Source of the DNA: a virus
DNA: 64,000 bases
Strand: one strand, 5' to 3'
Virus record (IMG/VR): IMGVR_UViG_3300021185_001231
The position numbers and the translations under genes are program-made. Positions 36,647-45,584 of this stretch are shown piece by piece. Below the pieces are notes generated by a model. The model had not been told where the DNA came from. It did no database searches and worked only from the letters and a program-made list of their open reading frames with translations. The first letter of the stretch is position 1, and each line of letters begins with the position of its first letter.

Positions 36647-36693
36647 AAAAATCTCTCCATATATATTTTATTATTGTTGAAGTTTAATACTAT

Positions 36694-38514
36694 TTATATA
36701 AGTTTGGGTTTATAAATGGTTATTAGTTCTTCCTTACCCTTAACCTTTATGTTTCCTATTTCTTGACACCTAAAACTGTCACTTAGTTGTTCCTGTGTAT
36801 AACTAGATATAATAGTCTTATGTTCTAAGTAATCTCCTCGTGCTGCCGTAGCTTCTAGTCTAGCTGCCAAGTTGACTGCATCTCCAATAACCGAATAGTC
36901 AAATCTGGATTCACTACCCATGTTACCAACAATACAATCGCCGGTGTTAATCCCAGTACCAACATTAATGTCAGGAAGACCACGGGCTTTATATATTTCT
37001 TTAAGTTCATTTGTTTTTTCTTCTATCTCAATAGCTGATTTAACTGCCATTTCAGCATGGTTTTCACAGGATAATGGCGCATTCCAAAATGCCATTATGC
37101 AGTCTCCCATATACTTGTCAATAGTTCCTCCATTAGATAATATAATTTTTGTCATAGCGTCTAAGAATTCATTTACCAACTCTACTAATCCTTCAGGGTC
37201 GTCTTTGTTCTTGTAGTGTTCACTGATAGGAGTAAATCCACATATGTCCATAAAAAGAAAGGACATCTCTTTCTTCTCTCCTCCAAGTTTTAGGAGTGAC
37301 GGATCCTTCTGAAGCATGTAGACCATGTCTGGAGATAGATAAGTTCCAAATTGTTTCTTTATCTGCTCTTTGAGTTGGAAAGTAACATAGAATCTATTAA
37401 AAGAAGAGTGCGCAAAAACTACAAAAGATGACATCACCGGATACAATACGTCCAGTAGTATAAGAGATTCCATCCAATAGTAATGACCCACAACAAACCA
37501 ACTAGACATTATTCCTAATGAACCGAGGGCGGAAAACCATGTCGGTGTTTTGTAGACTATGAGAAGGATAAGAAATGAAGACATAATGATGACTAGTATT
37601 TCTAACTGATCTGCATACCAAGGCCTTTGTATTTGAATACCGTTCACTACAGTAGATATTAAGTGTGCTTGGATATCATGAGGCAGCATAGCACCAGTAG
37701 GAGTCGCGACAGGATTGACTAATCCTCCGGCGCTCAAACCCAGTATGATTATTTTTTCATCTGGTAGAGGGTCTCCAAAGGATACTCTTTCGTAGGTGTT
37801 CCAGTAGGCTATTTGTACATTTGAGTTTGGTGTGGTGTACATAAGAGGAAGTGAACCCATTCTCACCCACTCCACTCCAGCTTCTTTTATTTTTATTGCG
37901 AGGTTGGGTTGGAACTCCCAGACACGAAGTATCTCCAAAGCAACGGAAGGATAGAGGTGATCATTAGATAATACTGCTAAAGGAGACTCCCTCACAATAC
38001 CATCTACAGAAGGGGCGACAGTAACAGTTCCGACTCCGGCGGAGTCCTTTCCCATTATAGGATTTCTTATTCCGTTGTAGGAATACAACCAGTCAGAAGG
38101 ATTTCCATTACCGAGTTTGCCGAACCCCCTAGGAGGTGCCTTATTACTCTCTAACTGATTTGTTGTTAATGAAGATAGAATGACATCCCTATTAGACATA
38201 GAAGATATAAATTTTTCATCCCCACCAAACCTATCCCTTTCAGTAAAACCCATATTGAAAACATAGGCACTATTCTCTGGAGAAGACATCAACCAGTCTG
38301 CATATATGTCTCGACTAAACGGAAACTGACCATACCTATCTAAAGCCTTCTCGTCGATATCGACAATGACTATGTTATCCGATCGTATAGGTTCTTGATA
38401 TGACTGAAGAGAATCAAAATAATTTAGTCGGAATTGTTCGACTAGTTTGGGGTCAATTACTCTTACTGTACACAATAGAAGTATTGTTATGAGAACAACT
38501 TTCCAATTATACAT
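36694..38514 (-). CDS. CHASE2-domain class III adenylate cyclase
   Basis: N-term TM; CHASE2 (IVIVDIDE...FPFSR...DG.VR...TP.G.M); 3 TM; cyclase FMDICGFT, IDKYMGD, DYSVIGDAVNLAARLE, VKGK. Confidence 0.92.
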   Translation of the reverse strand: MYNWKVVLITILLLCTVRVIDPKLVEQFRLNYFDSLQSYQEPIRSDNIVIVDIDEKALDRYGQFPFSRDIYADWLMSSPENSAYVFNMGFTERDRFGGDEKFISSMSNRDVILSSLTTNQLESNKAPPRGFGKLGNGNPSDWLYSYNGIRNPIMGKDSAGVGTVTVAPSVDGIVRESPLAVLSNDHLYPSVALEILRVWEFQPNLAIKIKEAGVEWVRMGSLPLMYTTPNSNVQIAYWNTYERVSFGDPLPDEKIIILGLSAGGLVNPVATPTGAMLPHDIQAHLISTVVNGIQIQRPWYADQLEILVIIMSSFLILLIVYKTPTWFSALGSLGIMSSWFVVGHYYWMESLILLDVLYPVMSSFVVFAHSSFNRFYVTFQLKEQIKKQFGTYLSPDMVYMLQKDPSLLKLGGEKKEMSFLFMDICGFTPISEHYKNKDDPEGLVELVNEFLDAMTKIILSNGGTIDKYMGDCIMAFWNAPLSCENHAEMAVKSAIEIEEKTNELKEIYKARGLPDINVGTGINTGDCIVGNMGSESRFDYSVIGDAVNLAARLEATAARGDYLEHKTIISSYTQEQLSDSFRCQEIGNIKVKGKEELITIYKPKLI

Positions 38515-38518
38515 TCTA

Positions 38519-38686
38519 CTACCAGTCCTTTATAATATTAACCATAATCAATATGCCACAAAGAATATTTATTCCCACTATAAAAGTTCTTATTATCGCT
38601 ATAGCATTCTCAGAATCTGGGTTATAACCATCTTCTTCATCAAATGCTCCTAGTGAATGTTTCCATATCTGCCAATACTTTTTCAT
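38519..38686 (-). CDS. small membrane protein
   Basis: W.IWKHSLG...A.IRT..V pattern; likely start MKKYW overlapping the upstream stop. Confidence 0.6.
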   Translation of the reverse strand: MKKYWQIWKHSLGAFDEEDGYNPDSENAIAIIRTFIVGINILCGILIMVNIIKDW

Positions 38687-39432
38687 TGTTGTGTTACCGT
38701 AATTGTGCAACCACCCAAAGTCACACAGTTCTGTGTTAGGGTGTAGTTCATAACACCACTACCTTGTTGTGTAAGATTTAACATGGTTGGGTCTGAACCA
38801 TCTAAGGTAACATTAGCTGTGTGAGTTCCGTACAATTGGTTAACTGTAACATCATTAGAATCATTATCTATATTAAGTGTTAGATTTTTTTCTCCACTTC
38901 CAGCTTGTGTGTAAAAGACATCATTACTATCAGAATCGACATCTATAGATAAGTTGTGATCGGGGTTAGCTGTACCAGATTTCTGGCCACCCTTGATAGT
39001 ATTACTACCACCTAGAATATCGACATAAAGTGTATGGCCAGCATCCTCATGAGTATCTCTATCACAGGATGTGTCTGACATTCCCCCAGCAAATTTACAT
39101 CCCTGACCGACGTTTACGGTGTTATTATTTCCGTTAACATCAATGTACATCTTATTTACATCAGAGCTGATCGTGTTATTCCATTGTTGCGTGGTAATAG
39201 AATTTCCGTCTCCAGATATTCCCGACCCAGACTTCAACAACTCATTTCTATTTCCTTCCTGAAGGACATCCATAGTTAGTTGGTATCCACTCATCACAGT
39301 ATCGACTTTGTTGTTGTCACCAAATTGTCTTATTTTTAAGTTAAGATTATCGCCGGACTGATTGATATATATCTCATTATCAGCGCACAATTCGATACTA
39401 AACATTATAATTATAAAGAATATTTTTTTCAT
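38683..39432 (-). CDS. curlin-like secreted beta-solenoid protein (CsgB/CsgA-like)
   Basis: signal peptide; N-x-(I/V)-x-(I/V)-x-Q-x-G-x-x-N repeats. Confidence 0.7.
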   Translation of the reverse strand: MKKIFFIIIMFSIELCADNEIYINQSGDNLNLKIRQFGDNNKVDTVMSGYQLTMDVLQEGNRNELLKSGSGISGDGNSITTQQWNNTISSDVNKMYIDVNGNNNTVNVGQGCKFAGGMSDTSCDRDTHEDAGHTLYVDILGGSNTIKGGQKSGTANPDHNLSIDVDSDSNDVFYTQAGSGEKNLTLNIDNDSNDVTVNQLYGTHTANVTLDGSDPTMLNLTQQGSGVMNYTLTQNCVTLGGCTITVTQQ

Positions 39433-39433
39433 A

Positions 39434-40576
39434 TTAATTAACCTGAGTGATGTTTATAATAACACTCTGTCCGTCACCCAAAACTATTTCAGATTCTTTC
39501 TGATTAGATATAGTTCTTATGGTTGCGTTCTGAGACATTAACAATGTAAGGCTTATTATACCGTCAATGTTTCTATAAAATTTTACAGTTCCTAGACCAG
39601 TGTCGAGTATAGTGTTATACTGAGTGTCGACATTAAACCCTAATGTAGTTCCGGTAAGATCTATTCCCGTATTTAGTTTATCTTTATCTAGTCCTGTCAT
39701 TTTATCTAGATCATCAATAATATCCAAGACATCCTGAAGAAAATCTACATCCAGATAATCAATATCTAGTTCAGTAAATTCCAGATCATCATACTCCAAG
39801 TAATCATTTTCAAGTTCATTAAACTCTAGGAAATCTACATCCAATATATTATCCGAAGAATTTTCAGAAGACAACCCCTCTTCTCTTTTTACATCTTCAA
39901 TTTCTTTCGGTTCTACTATGATGAATATATTGCTAATCATAGAAGTATTGATTCCCGACAAGACGACTGGTTTTGTCGGAGCAGTATCATAGGAGGACAC
40001 CACAGAAGCTTGATAAGGTTCTTCTAATAAAGTTGTTCCACCATTATTGCTTATCATTATCTTTCCGGAAGACTTGCCAGTCTTTTCGTCAGGCAATAAT
40101 ATTATAAGAGATCTTCCGATCTCATCGATAGTGGTGGTGAAGTCTGTCCCAAGAACTGCGATCTGTGCGGTGGGAGTAGTGAGGTTTATATTAGATTTTT
40201 TTATTCTTTTACCGCGTCCAGAAGTAAATCTTGCGGTACCTTGGGCCATGCGGATAGCCATCCTAGACTTGGATGGATCAGGATCGTAGTATGCCTCATC
40301 AATATATATTTTTGTATGTTCTATCAGTGAAAGTTCTTCCTCATCCTTAAACTGAATGAGCATTCTTCCATTACCAGTTACCGCAGTATCCAGCAATTTT
40401 ATTTCTGGGACATTTTTTTCAGAAACAGAGAGTTCCTCACCACCCTTTCGAACTAGTGAGGCAACTCCATTTCTTTCTACTATATCACCAATGGGATCGG
40501 TAGATCCCAGAGATATATTAGTTAGCGTCAGACTGAATAATATTAATATCTGAATGAGTGGTAGCAAACGTCGCAT
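39434..40576 (-). CDS. FecR-domain secreted protein with acidic repeat
   Basis: signal peptide MRRLLPLIQ...; D.AVTG.G...F.D...G.ARF...TPTAQIAVLGTDF FecR pattern; start moved to 40576. Confidence 0.8.
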   Translation of the reverse strand: MRRLLPLIQILILFSLTLTNISLGSTDPIGDIVERNGVASLVRKGGEELSVSEKNVPEIKLLDTAVTGNGRMLIQFKDEEELSLIEHTKIYIDEAYYDPDPSKSRMAIRMAQGTARFTSGRGKRIKKSNINLTTPTAQIAVLGTDFTTTIDEIGRSLIILLPDEKTGKSSGKIMISNNGGTTLLEEPYQASVVSSYDTAPTKPVVLSGINTSMISNIFIIVEPKEIEDVKREEGLSSENSSDNILDVDFLEFNELENDYLEYDDLEFTELDIDYLDVDFLQDVLDIIDDLDKMTGLDKDKLNTGIDLTGTTLGFNVDTQYNTILDTGLGTVKFYRNIDGIISLTLLMSQNATIRTISNQKESEIVLGDGQSVIINITQVN

Positions 40577-41366
40577 CGAGTATTGCATTGTTAGTAACTC
40601 CAGTTGTGGAACCAGTATTCTGACCCACGAAAACAAAGTTATAATCACCAGTCACACCAACTGTTTGTCTGTTATCCGAACCGTCTTCCATACTTGTCTG
40701 AATCCAGTTATTAGATCCAGTAACATCCCAGTTCCAAGTGGCATTGTCCGAATTGAAGAAAACATTCAATGTGTTATCCGAACCAGTAACATCTAGATCC
40801 ATATCTAAAGTATCAGCTGTACCTTCAGTAGGATCCCAAGTTCCCCAGTATGCAGTTTGACCACTATTAGTCCTAGACCAAGTGCTTCCACTAACTGTCC
40901 AAAATTGTTCTGCGTTGGACTGATTCCAGAGGGGAGTGGATATGTTATAAACATCATCCGCATTACCAGCTCTTAGAATAACTGTGTTAGTATTACCCGT
41001 TATAGCAGAATCTATAGTTAGTGTATCTGCATCATTAGCAACACCTATCTTCTGATTCCATATGTTGTAGTTACCTACAGTGAAATTGTTGATAGTCGAA
41101 CCAGTAGTTACGATAGTACCAAACATTTTGTTGTAGTCACCATCTTGTTTTAAATCTAAGTACGAGTTAGAAATTGTCATGGTCATATCAATAGATGTAC
41201 CAGTAAAATCATCTCCACCGTATTTATTACCAGCACCGATTTGTTGTATAGTCAACTCAACGTTATCACCACTCTGTGCAATAAAAATCTCATTGTCGTT
41301 AGCATCACTAGCATAGGTATTAGTCGCAGCAAGACCGAGGACCAAGTATAGTGATTTTTTATTCAT
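40518..41366 (-). CDS. curlin-like secreted beta-solenoid protein (CsgA/CsgB-like)
   Basis: signal peptide; DNEIFIAQSGDN, QIGAGN, QDGDYN, TGSDN, TGSNN repeats. Confidence 0.7.
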   Translation of the reverse strand: MNKKSLYLVLGLAATNTYASDANDNEIFIAQSGDNVELTIQQIGAGNKYGGDDFTGTSIDMTMTISNSYLDLKQDGDYNKMFGTIVTTGSTINNFTVGNYNIWNQKIGVANDADTLTIDSAITGNTNTVILRAGNADDVYNISTPLWNQSNAEQFWTVSGSTWSRTNSGQTAYWGTWDPTEGTADTLDMDLDVTGSDNTLNVFFNSDNATWNWDVTGSNNWIQTSMEDGSDNRQTVGVTGDYNFVFVGQNTGSTTGVTNNAILDATFATTHSDINIIQSDAN

Positions 41367-42201
41367 CTTCATTTGTTTCTCCTATTACCCAATAGCCCCT
41401 GTCGTGCCCTTGGTAAATTAATTCTAATACAGCTTCTTCTACGGCAGCACGTGTTGCATATGTGACACTTTCGTTGAAACCATTTCCATCTTCGAATTCT
41501 ATAAGTTTGGTATCCATATCAACAAACCTAAAGACATCATAACCACCACCAGCAGACAATATAGATTTCCTTGTCTGTACATTAAGTAATATTTCACCAG
41601 TGAGAGTCGATGTTGCCCTAAGACTTATGACAATCGAATCCCTCCTATATTGAGAACTTTTACCTATTCCTAGGTACCTAGCTCCCCTACCACCACTTTC
41701 AATGTTAGTATCATAACCTATGATACCTCCATCAATGATAATACCTGCGAATAGAAGAGGATCGAGTTTATTATCTTTACTTTTCTTCTCCCACTCCTCT
41801 CTCGCAGATCTTATAATCTGTCTCTCTCTAACAAGGTTGTCTAACCCTACTCTATCAACTACCCGAAACCAAGAACCCCCGCCCGCAGTTTTTAATGCGT
41901 CTATTACAAACGCCTCTGCTCCTTGGGTTACCGCAGTAGAAAAATCCGCAATATTATCTCGACTTTTTCTTTGACCTGTCAAGTCTTTAAAACTGTAAAC
42001 CGCAACTATAGGTCTAACCTTAGCTGCCGGAAGATTCGCAAGTTTCTCCGAGGCCGGTAAAGTCACAACCTCAGCACTTTCTCTACACTCATAAACATAT
42101 TGATTCAAAAGACCTTCTCGATCTTCACAATCTATTATGGATGGTCTGGGTATTCCAGCGCAACCCGATAGAATAATAAGAGATAATAAAATTAGTCTCA
42201 T
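41359..42201 (-). CDS. csgG: curli secretion channel lipoprotein CsgG
   Basis: lipobox LSGC; VAVYSFKDLTGQ, STAVTQG, WFRVVDR.GL.NL..ERQIIR, GGIIGYDTN..SGG.GARYLGIG. Confidence 0.95.
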   Translation of the reverse strand: MRLILLSLIILSGCAGIPRPSIIDCEDREGLLNQYVYECRESAEVVTLPASEKLANLPAAKVRPIVAVYSFKDLTGQRKSRDNIADFSTAVTQGAEAFVIDALKTAGGGSWFRVVDRVGLDNLVRERQIIRSAREEWEKKSKDNKLDPLLFAGIIIDGGIIGYDTNIESGGRGARYLGIGKSSQYRRDSIVISLRATSTLTGEILLNVQTRKSILSAGGGYDVFRFVDMDTKLIEFEDGNGFNESVTYATRAAVEEAVLELIYQGHDRGYWVIGETNEDE

Positions 42202-42671
42202 TAAAATCCACCAGCACCGATAGGAACATCCAAAGTAGTAACAGTTCCATCTTCACTGACTACCGTGATTCTTATCACGTCAGTACCATCAGCTCCACCA
42301 CCGTATATAGTTTCATAGGTGATAGAGTTTCCTTCAATCTCAAAAAAACCAGACTCCGAGGAATCTGTATTACCAAACATATTGTCTACCAATTGTTTGG
42401 CAATCTGTGCGTATATTCTACTTTCTAAATTACGCAAGAACTTTGCTTGCGTAGTATTGTTTGCATCTCTTTCAGCTTGTGCGATTGCCGATTCTATATC
42501 ATCCTTTATTTCTTCCCTACGAGATCTTTCTTGATTCTCGATAGTAAGATAATGTGAAGAAGTTCCTATACCACTAAAAGAAGGAGATTTAAACTTATGA
42601 GTAATTTGATCTGAGTAAGAGTAAGTTGCATATAGTAATAAACTAATCAGTGTTCCGGTTATTTTTTTCAT
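42201..42671 (-). CDS. csgF: curli assembly protein CsgF
   Basis: signal peptide; HKFKSPSFSG (cf. FxNPxFGG); F...LESRIYAQ.; C-terminal beta hairpin. Confidence 0.85.
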   Translation of the reverse strand: MKKITGTLISLLLYATYSYSDQITHKFKSPSFSGIGTSSHYLTIENQERSRREEIKDDIESAIAQAERDANNTTQAKFLRNLESRIYAQIAKQLVDNMFGNTDSSESGFFEIEGNSITYETIYGGGADGTDVIRITVVSEDGTVTTLDVPIGAGGF

Positions 42672-42909
42672 TCTCTTTCTCCTGAATTATCATGTCCAAT
42701 TTAGTTTTCATACGAATCAAATCATTATCCAACATTCTAACCCTGTCAATAAGTGCTATCAATGTCATATGAGATTCTGAAACTACAGGGTCAACTTCTG
42801 TCGTAACCCACTTCCAGATATAAAATATAAAGTAACCCAATCCAAATGCTGCAATAATGGGAAACCCATATTTACTTATAGCATCAGCAATAGTCAATTC
42901 TTCCATCAA
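42643..42909 (-). CDS. small TM plus coiled-coil protein (YvrJ/BhlA-like)
   Basis: YGFPII..GLGYF...LIDRVRMLDND. Confidence 0.65.
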   Translation of the reverse strand: MMEELTIADAISKYGFPIIAAFGLGYFIFYIWKWVTTEVDPVVSESHMTLIALIDRVRMLDNDLIRMKTKLDMIIQEKENEKNNRNTD

Positions 42910-43184
42910 TCCTTTCTCGCATCCTTTTGTCCGTCAGCTCGCGCAATTCTATCTACATCCGGAGTAACTCCAAATGCTTGACACATAAGAACATCGACAC
43001 GAACAAGTTCATTGTTCATAGTTTTGACACGATTGTCTAAGGATTTTGCAAACCCACGTTGGGTTTTTATGTCACTAAGAACACCATCAAGAATAAATCG
43101 TAAAGTTAGGAATACAAAGAAACCCCCAGCGAGAGCGGAGGCAATAGGAAAACCTACATCAGTTACCATTGTAAGAAAGTTCAT
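42906..43184 (-). CDS. small TM plus coiled-coil protein (paralog of 42643-42909)
   Basis: VGFPIA..GGFF...LDNRVKTMNNE. Confidence 0.65.
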   Translation of the reverse strand: MNFLTMVTDVGFPIASALAGGFFVFLTLRFILDGVLSDIKTQRGFAKSLDNRVKTMNNELVRVDVLMCQAFGVTPDVDRIARADGQKDARKD

Positions 43185-43221
43185 TCTAGTAGTATCGTAT
43201 ATGTCAAATAAATTATACTAC

Positions 43222-43229
43222 TATTTATA
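43222..43229 (-). promoter_or_regulatory. T4-type late promoter heading the curli cassette
   Basis: TATAAATA about 40 nt upstream of ORF 43184. Confidence 0.65.
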
Positions 43230-43253
43230 ACAGAATAGATCTCTAAATTAAAT

Positions 43254-43318
43254 AAAAGAGCAGTTTTCCACATACTCAGGTGGTTTAGATCCCAAGGTAG
43301 CATCAAGGGATATAAACC
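43254..43318 (-). ncRNA. candidate small RNA: hairpin plus H-type pseudoknot after a late promoter
   Basis: TATAAATA at 43319-43326; GGTTTA.ATCCC/GGGAT.TAAACC hairpin; CCAC/GTGG plus GAGTA/TGCTC pseudoknot; T-run. Confidence 0.5.
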
Positions 43319-43342
43319 TATTTATACTGAGAAGTGTAAAAT

Positions 43343-43585
43343 TTATACTATTTCCTTTTTCAATCTTTCAATGTAGATGGTAGCGTCCATCAGTTCTTCC
43401 TGTAGGTGCGTTAACCAACCCATCAAATCTATATCTGTTCTGGTGGTATCCGTTCCATATTTATCAAATCCCGCTTTAGCTCTGGACCTATAAGAATCCA
43501 TAACAGATTCCACATTAGGGTCTACCATATCATCTAATATCTTGTGTGCGTTCAACATAGTTAAACTCATAACACTTTCCTCCAA
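43343..43585 (-). CDS. hypothetical phage protein
   Basis: R...G..KYG...R.D....W..HLQEELMDA..Y pattern. Confidence 0.7.
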   Translation of the reverse strand: MEESVMSLTMLNAHKILDDMVDPNVESVMDSYRSRAKAGFDKYGTDTTRTDIDLMGWLTHLQEELMDATIYIERLKKEIV

Positions 43586-43773
43586 TCATCATCGACATCA
43601 TCATTAATAATCACACTAGTATCCTGATCTAACCCCACGGTATTGAGATTAACATAATCTTCTATCATCTCTCTGACAACATCACTCATAGATACTTCTT
43701 TCTTGTCACAAACTTTTCTGAACCTTTCCTTTAATTCAGGGGCTATTCTAAATTGTGTCATTGGTGTTTTCAT
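43567..43773 (-). CDS. ribbon-helix-helix DNA-binding protein
   Basis: QFRIAPELKERF..VC....SMSDVVREMIEDY. Confidence 0.75.
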   Translation of the reverse strand: MKTPMTQFRIAPELKERFRKVCDKKEVSMSDVVREMIEDYVNLNTVGLDQDTSVIINDDVDDDWRKVL

Positions 43774-44480
43774 TGTACTCTTAACCTATCCTGTGACTGA
43801 TGTCCATTATGAGTTTTTGGAATATAATTTCTGTCTACGTATTCCCAAGCAATACTATATCTATACGAAGACTCGCTGGTATTACGATAACAACCATGAA
43901 CTAAATTGACATCAAAAAATACCGCAAAGGGTTGTTCCATTTCTATATCGATTATCGAGGGGTGAGATTCGTTTACACTCATCCATCTAAAAAAACCATG
44001 AGACTCTTTCTCATGATCATGTATTTTCTTATGAGACTCAGGAATTATTCTTAGACATCCATTTTCCTTAGTCGCACCATTAACAAAAAAATCACAACTC
44101 ACCAGTTTAGAAGAGTCTGCTTTAATATAATAGTTATCTTGGTGCCAATCTACAGAGAAACCTTCCTTCGGAACCATAGGAAAAAATTTAGATATGTAAG
44201 TATCAATATCATTATTTCCTAGAATTTTTGTAGCAATGGATTTTAATGTGGGGTTGGACGCTACACTCCTAAAGGTATTATTAGCCTTGAAAACACCGTC
44301 TAACTTACATGGATTATTTGGTGAGTTCATTACCCATCCATCTCTATTACTCTCTAGAGATTTCGCTAACGCTGTTTGCGTGTGACATTCTTGATTTATA
44401 TTAAAGTGTTCTTCTTCAGACATGAAGTCTGTAACTATAACATAACCCAATTCGTTAAACTTTTCTATGTCATAATTCAT
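43770..44480 (-). CDS. PhyH-family 2OG-Fe(II) dioxygenase
   Basis: F.E.GY, WHQD, ENGCLRIIPESH, LVH, R. Confidence 0.88.
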   Translation of the reverse strand: MNYDIEKFNELGYVIVTDFMSEEEHFNINQECHTQTALAKSLESNRDGWVMNSPNNPCKLDGVFKANNTFRSVASNPTLKSIATKILGNNDIDTYISKFFPMVPKEGFSVDWHQDNYYIKADSSKLVSCDFFVNGATKENGCLRIIPESHKKIHDHEKESHGFFRWMSVNESHPSIIDIEMEQPFAVFFDVNLVHGCYRNTSESSYRYSIAWEYVDRNYIPKTHNGHQSQDRLRVQ

Positions 44481-45154
44481 TCGGTTTCAATATCTTCTAT
44501 CAACAAATCTCTAAGGTATCTAGCCTGTTCGTCCTTTACTGTATTTTGTTTGCCACCATCATTAACAAACTTATATGCTAGAGTAAGACGTTCACCACCA
44601 GCATAAGCAGAGTGCCAACAATGATCTTCGACTTCATGTTCCGCACCAAAATAGTAATGTCGTGCTTGCCAGCCCGGCACGTCCTGTTCCGTCACAATTT
44701 TTCCGTCCTTGTCTCGGTACCGGAAAAAACCATTTCCATCCTTTGACCAAGTGAATAAAACTTGATACGCATTTGCATCATAGTTAGTATGCCATCCCAC
44801 AAAACCGCCTGGCGGATAGTATGATAATAATGCTGAGGTGTGAGCTCCTAAGTCTGCGGCAAAGTCATACTTCACTTTCTGCATATAATCTGTCCACTGG
44901 TCAGGGTACTCTCTAACCAACTTCGCAATAGGAATAGCGAAATATCTATCAGGAGGACCGACCAGTGTGGGGAATCTACTTAGACAATCTTGAAGATACT
45001 CTTCTGAACAATAGTACTCTCCCCTTTCCATATCAGACTTTTCGTGGTAAGTGAAACATTTGGGATCTTTGTATGTAGAATTACTGAACATATCTTCAAC
45101 AAATCCATCTAAAGTAGAAAGAAGTTCCTTGTTTCGGATAGTTATTTCAGCCAT
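44477..45154 (-). CDS. putative 2OG-Fe(II) oxygenase
   Basis: YPPGGFVGWHTN...CWHSA...RLTL double-stranded beta-helix motifs. Confidence 0.65.
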   Translation of the reverse strand: MAEITIRNKELLSTLDGFVEDMFSNSTYKDPKCFTYHEKSDMERGEYYCSEEYLQDCLSRFPTLVGPPDRYFAIPIAKLVREYPDQWTDYMQKVKYDFAADLGAHTSALLSYYPPGGFVGWHTNYDANAYQVLFTWSKDGNGFFRYRDKDGKIVTEQDVPGWQARHYYFGAEHEVEDHCWHSAYAGGERLTLAYKFVNDGGKQNTVKDEQARYLRDLLIEDIETE

Positions 45155-45444
45155 TAGATTATGATCCCACTTGTTGCTGTTATGTATGCCTTCTCTATAT
45201 CTTCATTTACCGGAGTGACAAAGACTATTCCGGCTGTATAGAAAGAAACTTCTTCCGGATTTTCCTTACCAGTGACACACACTCCCATAGCGAATCCCAT
45301 ACCTTGGTCACCATTAACAACCATTCTAGGATTTTCCAATACAAGTTTCGTAGAAGACTCCTCTTTAATTCTTCCTACATACTCGCCAGCCATATTTACT
45401 ACTGATACTACTTCACCTTTTTTCATTTGAATCTTTCCTTTCAT
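45154..45444 (-). CDS. Sm-like hypothetical protein
   Basis: GEYVG...LENPR...Y...TSGI pattern common in T4-likes. Confidence 0.6.
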   Translation of the reverse strand: MKGKIQMKKGEVVSVVNMAGEYVGRIKEESSTKLVLENPRMVVNGDQGMGFAMGVCVTGKENPEEVSFYTAGIVFVTPVNEDIEKAYITATSGIII

Positions 45445-45583
45445 CTATAAATAATTTTAATGTTTGTCCCTCATCTTGAAGGGATAGTATAAAATCCTTA
45501 ACTTTTAAATTAGTATAGGACCTTCCGGATCCATCAATAACTTCAATCCTATTGACAGATTTAAATCTAGAGTCGCATTCCAT
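45413..45583 (-). CDS. small hypothetical protein (paralog of the C-terminal domain of 58793-59062)
   Basis: RIEVID..GRSYTN...SLQDEG.TLK.FI; start moved to MECDSR. Confidence 0.6.
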   Translation of the reverse strand: MECDSRFKSVNRIEVIDGSGRSYTNLKVKDFILSLQDEGQTLKLFIDERKDSNEKR

Positions 45584-45584
45584 T

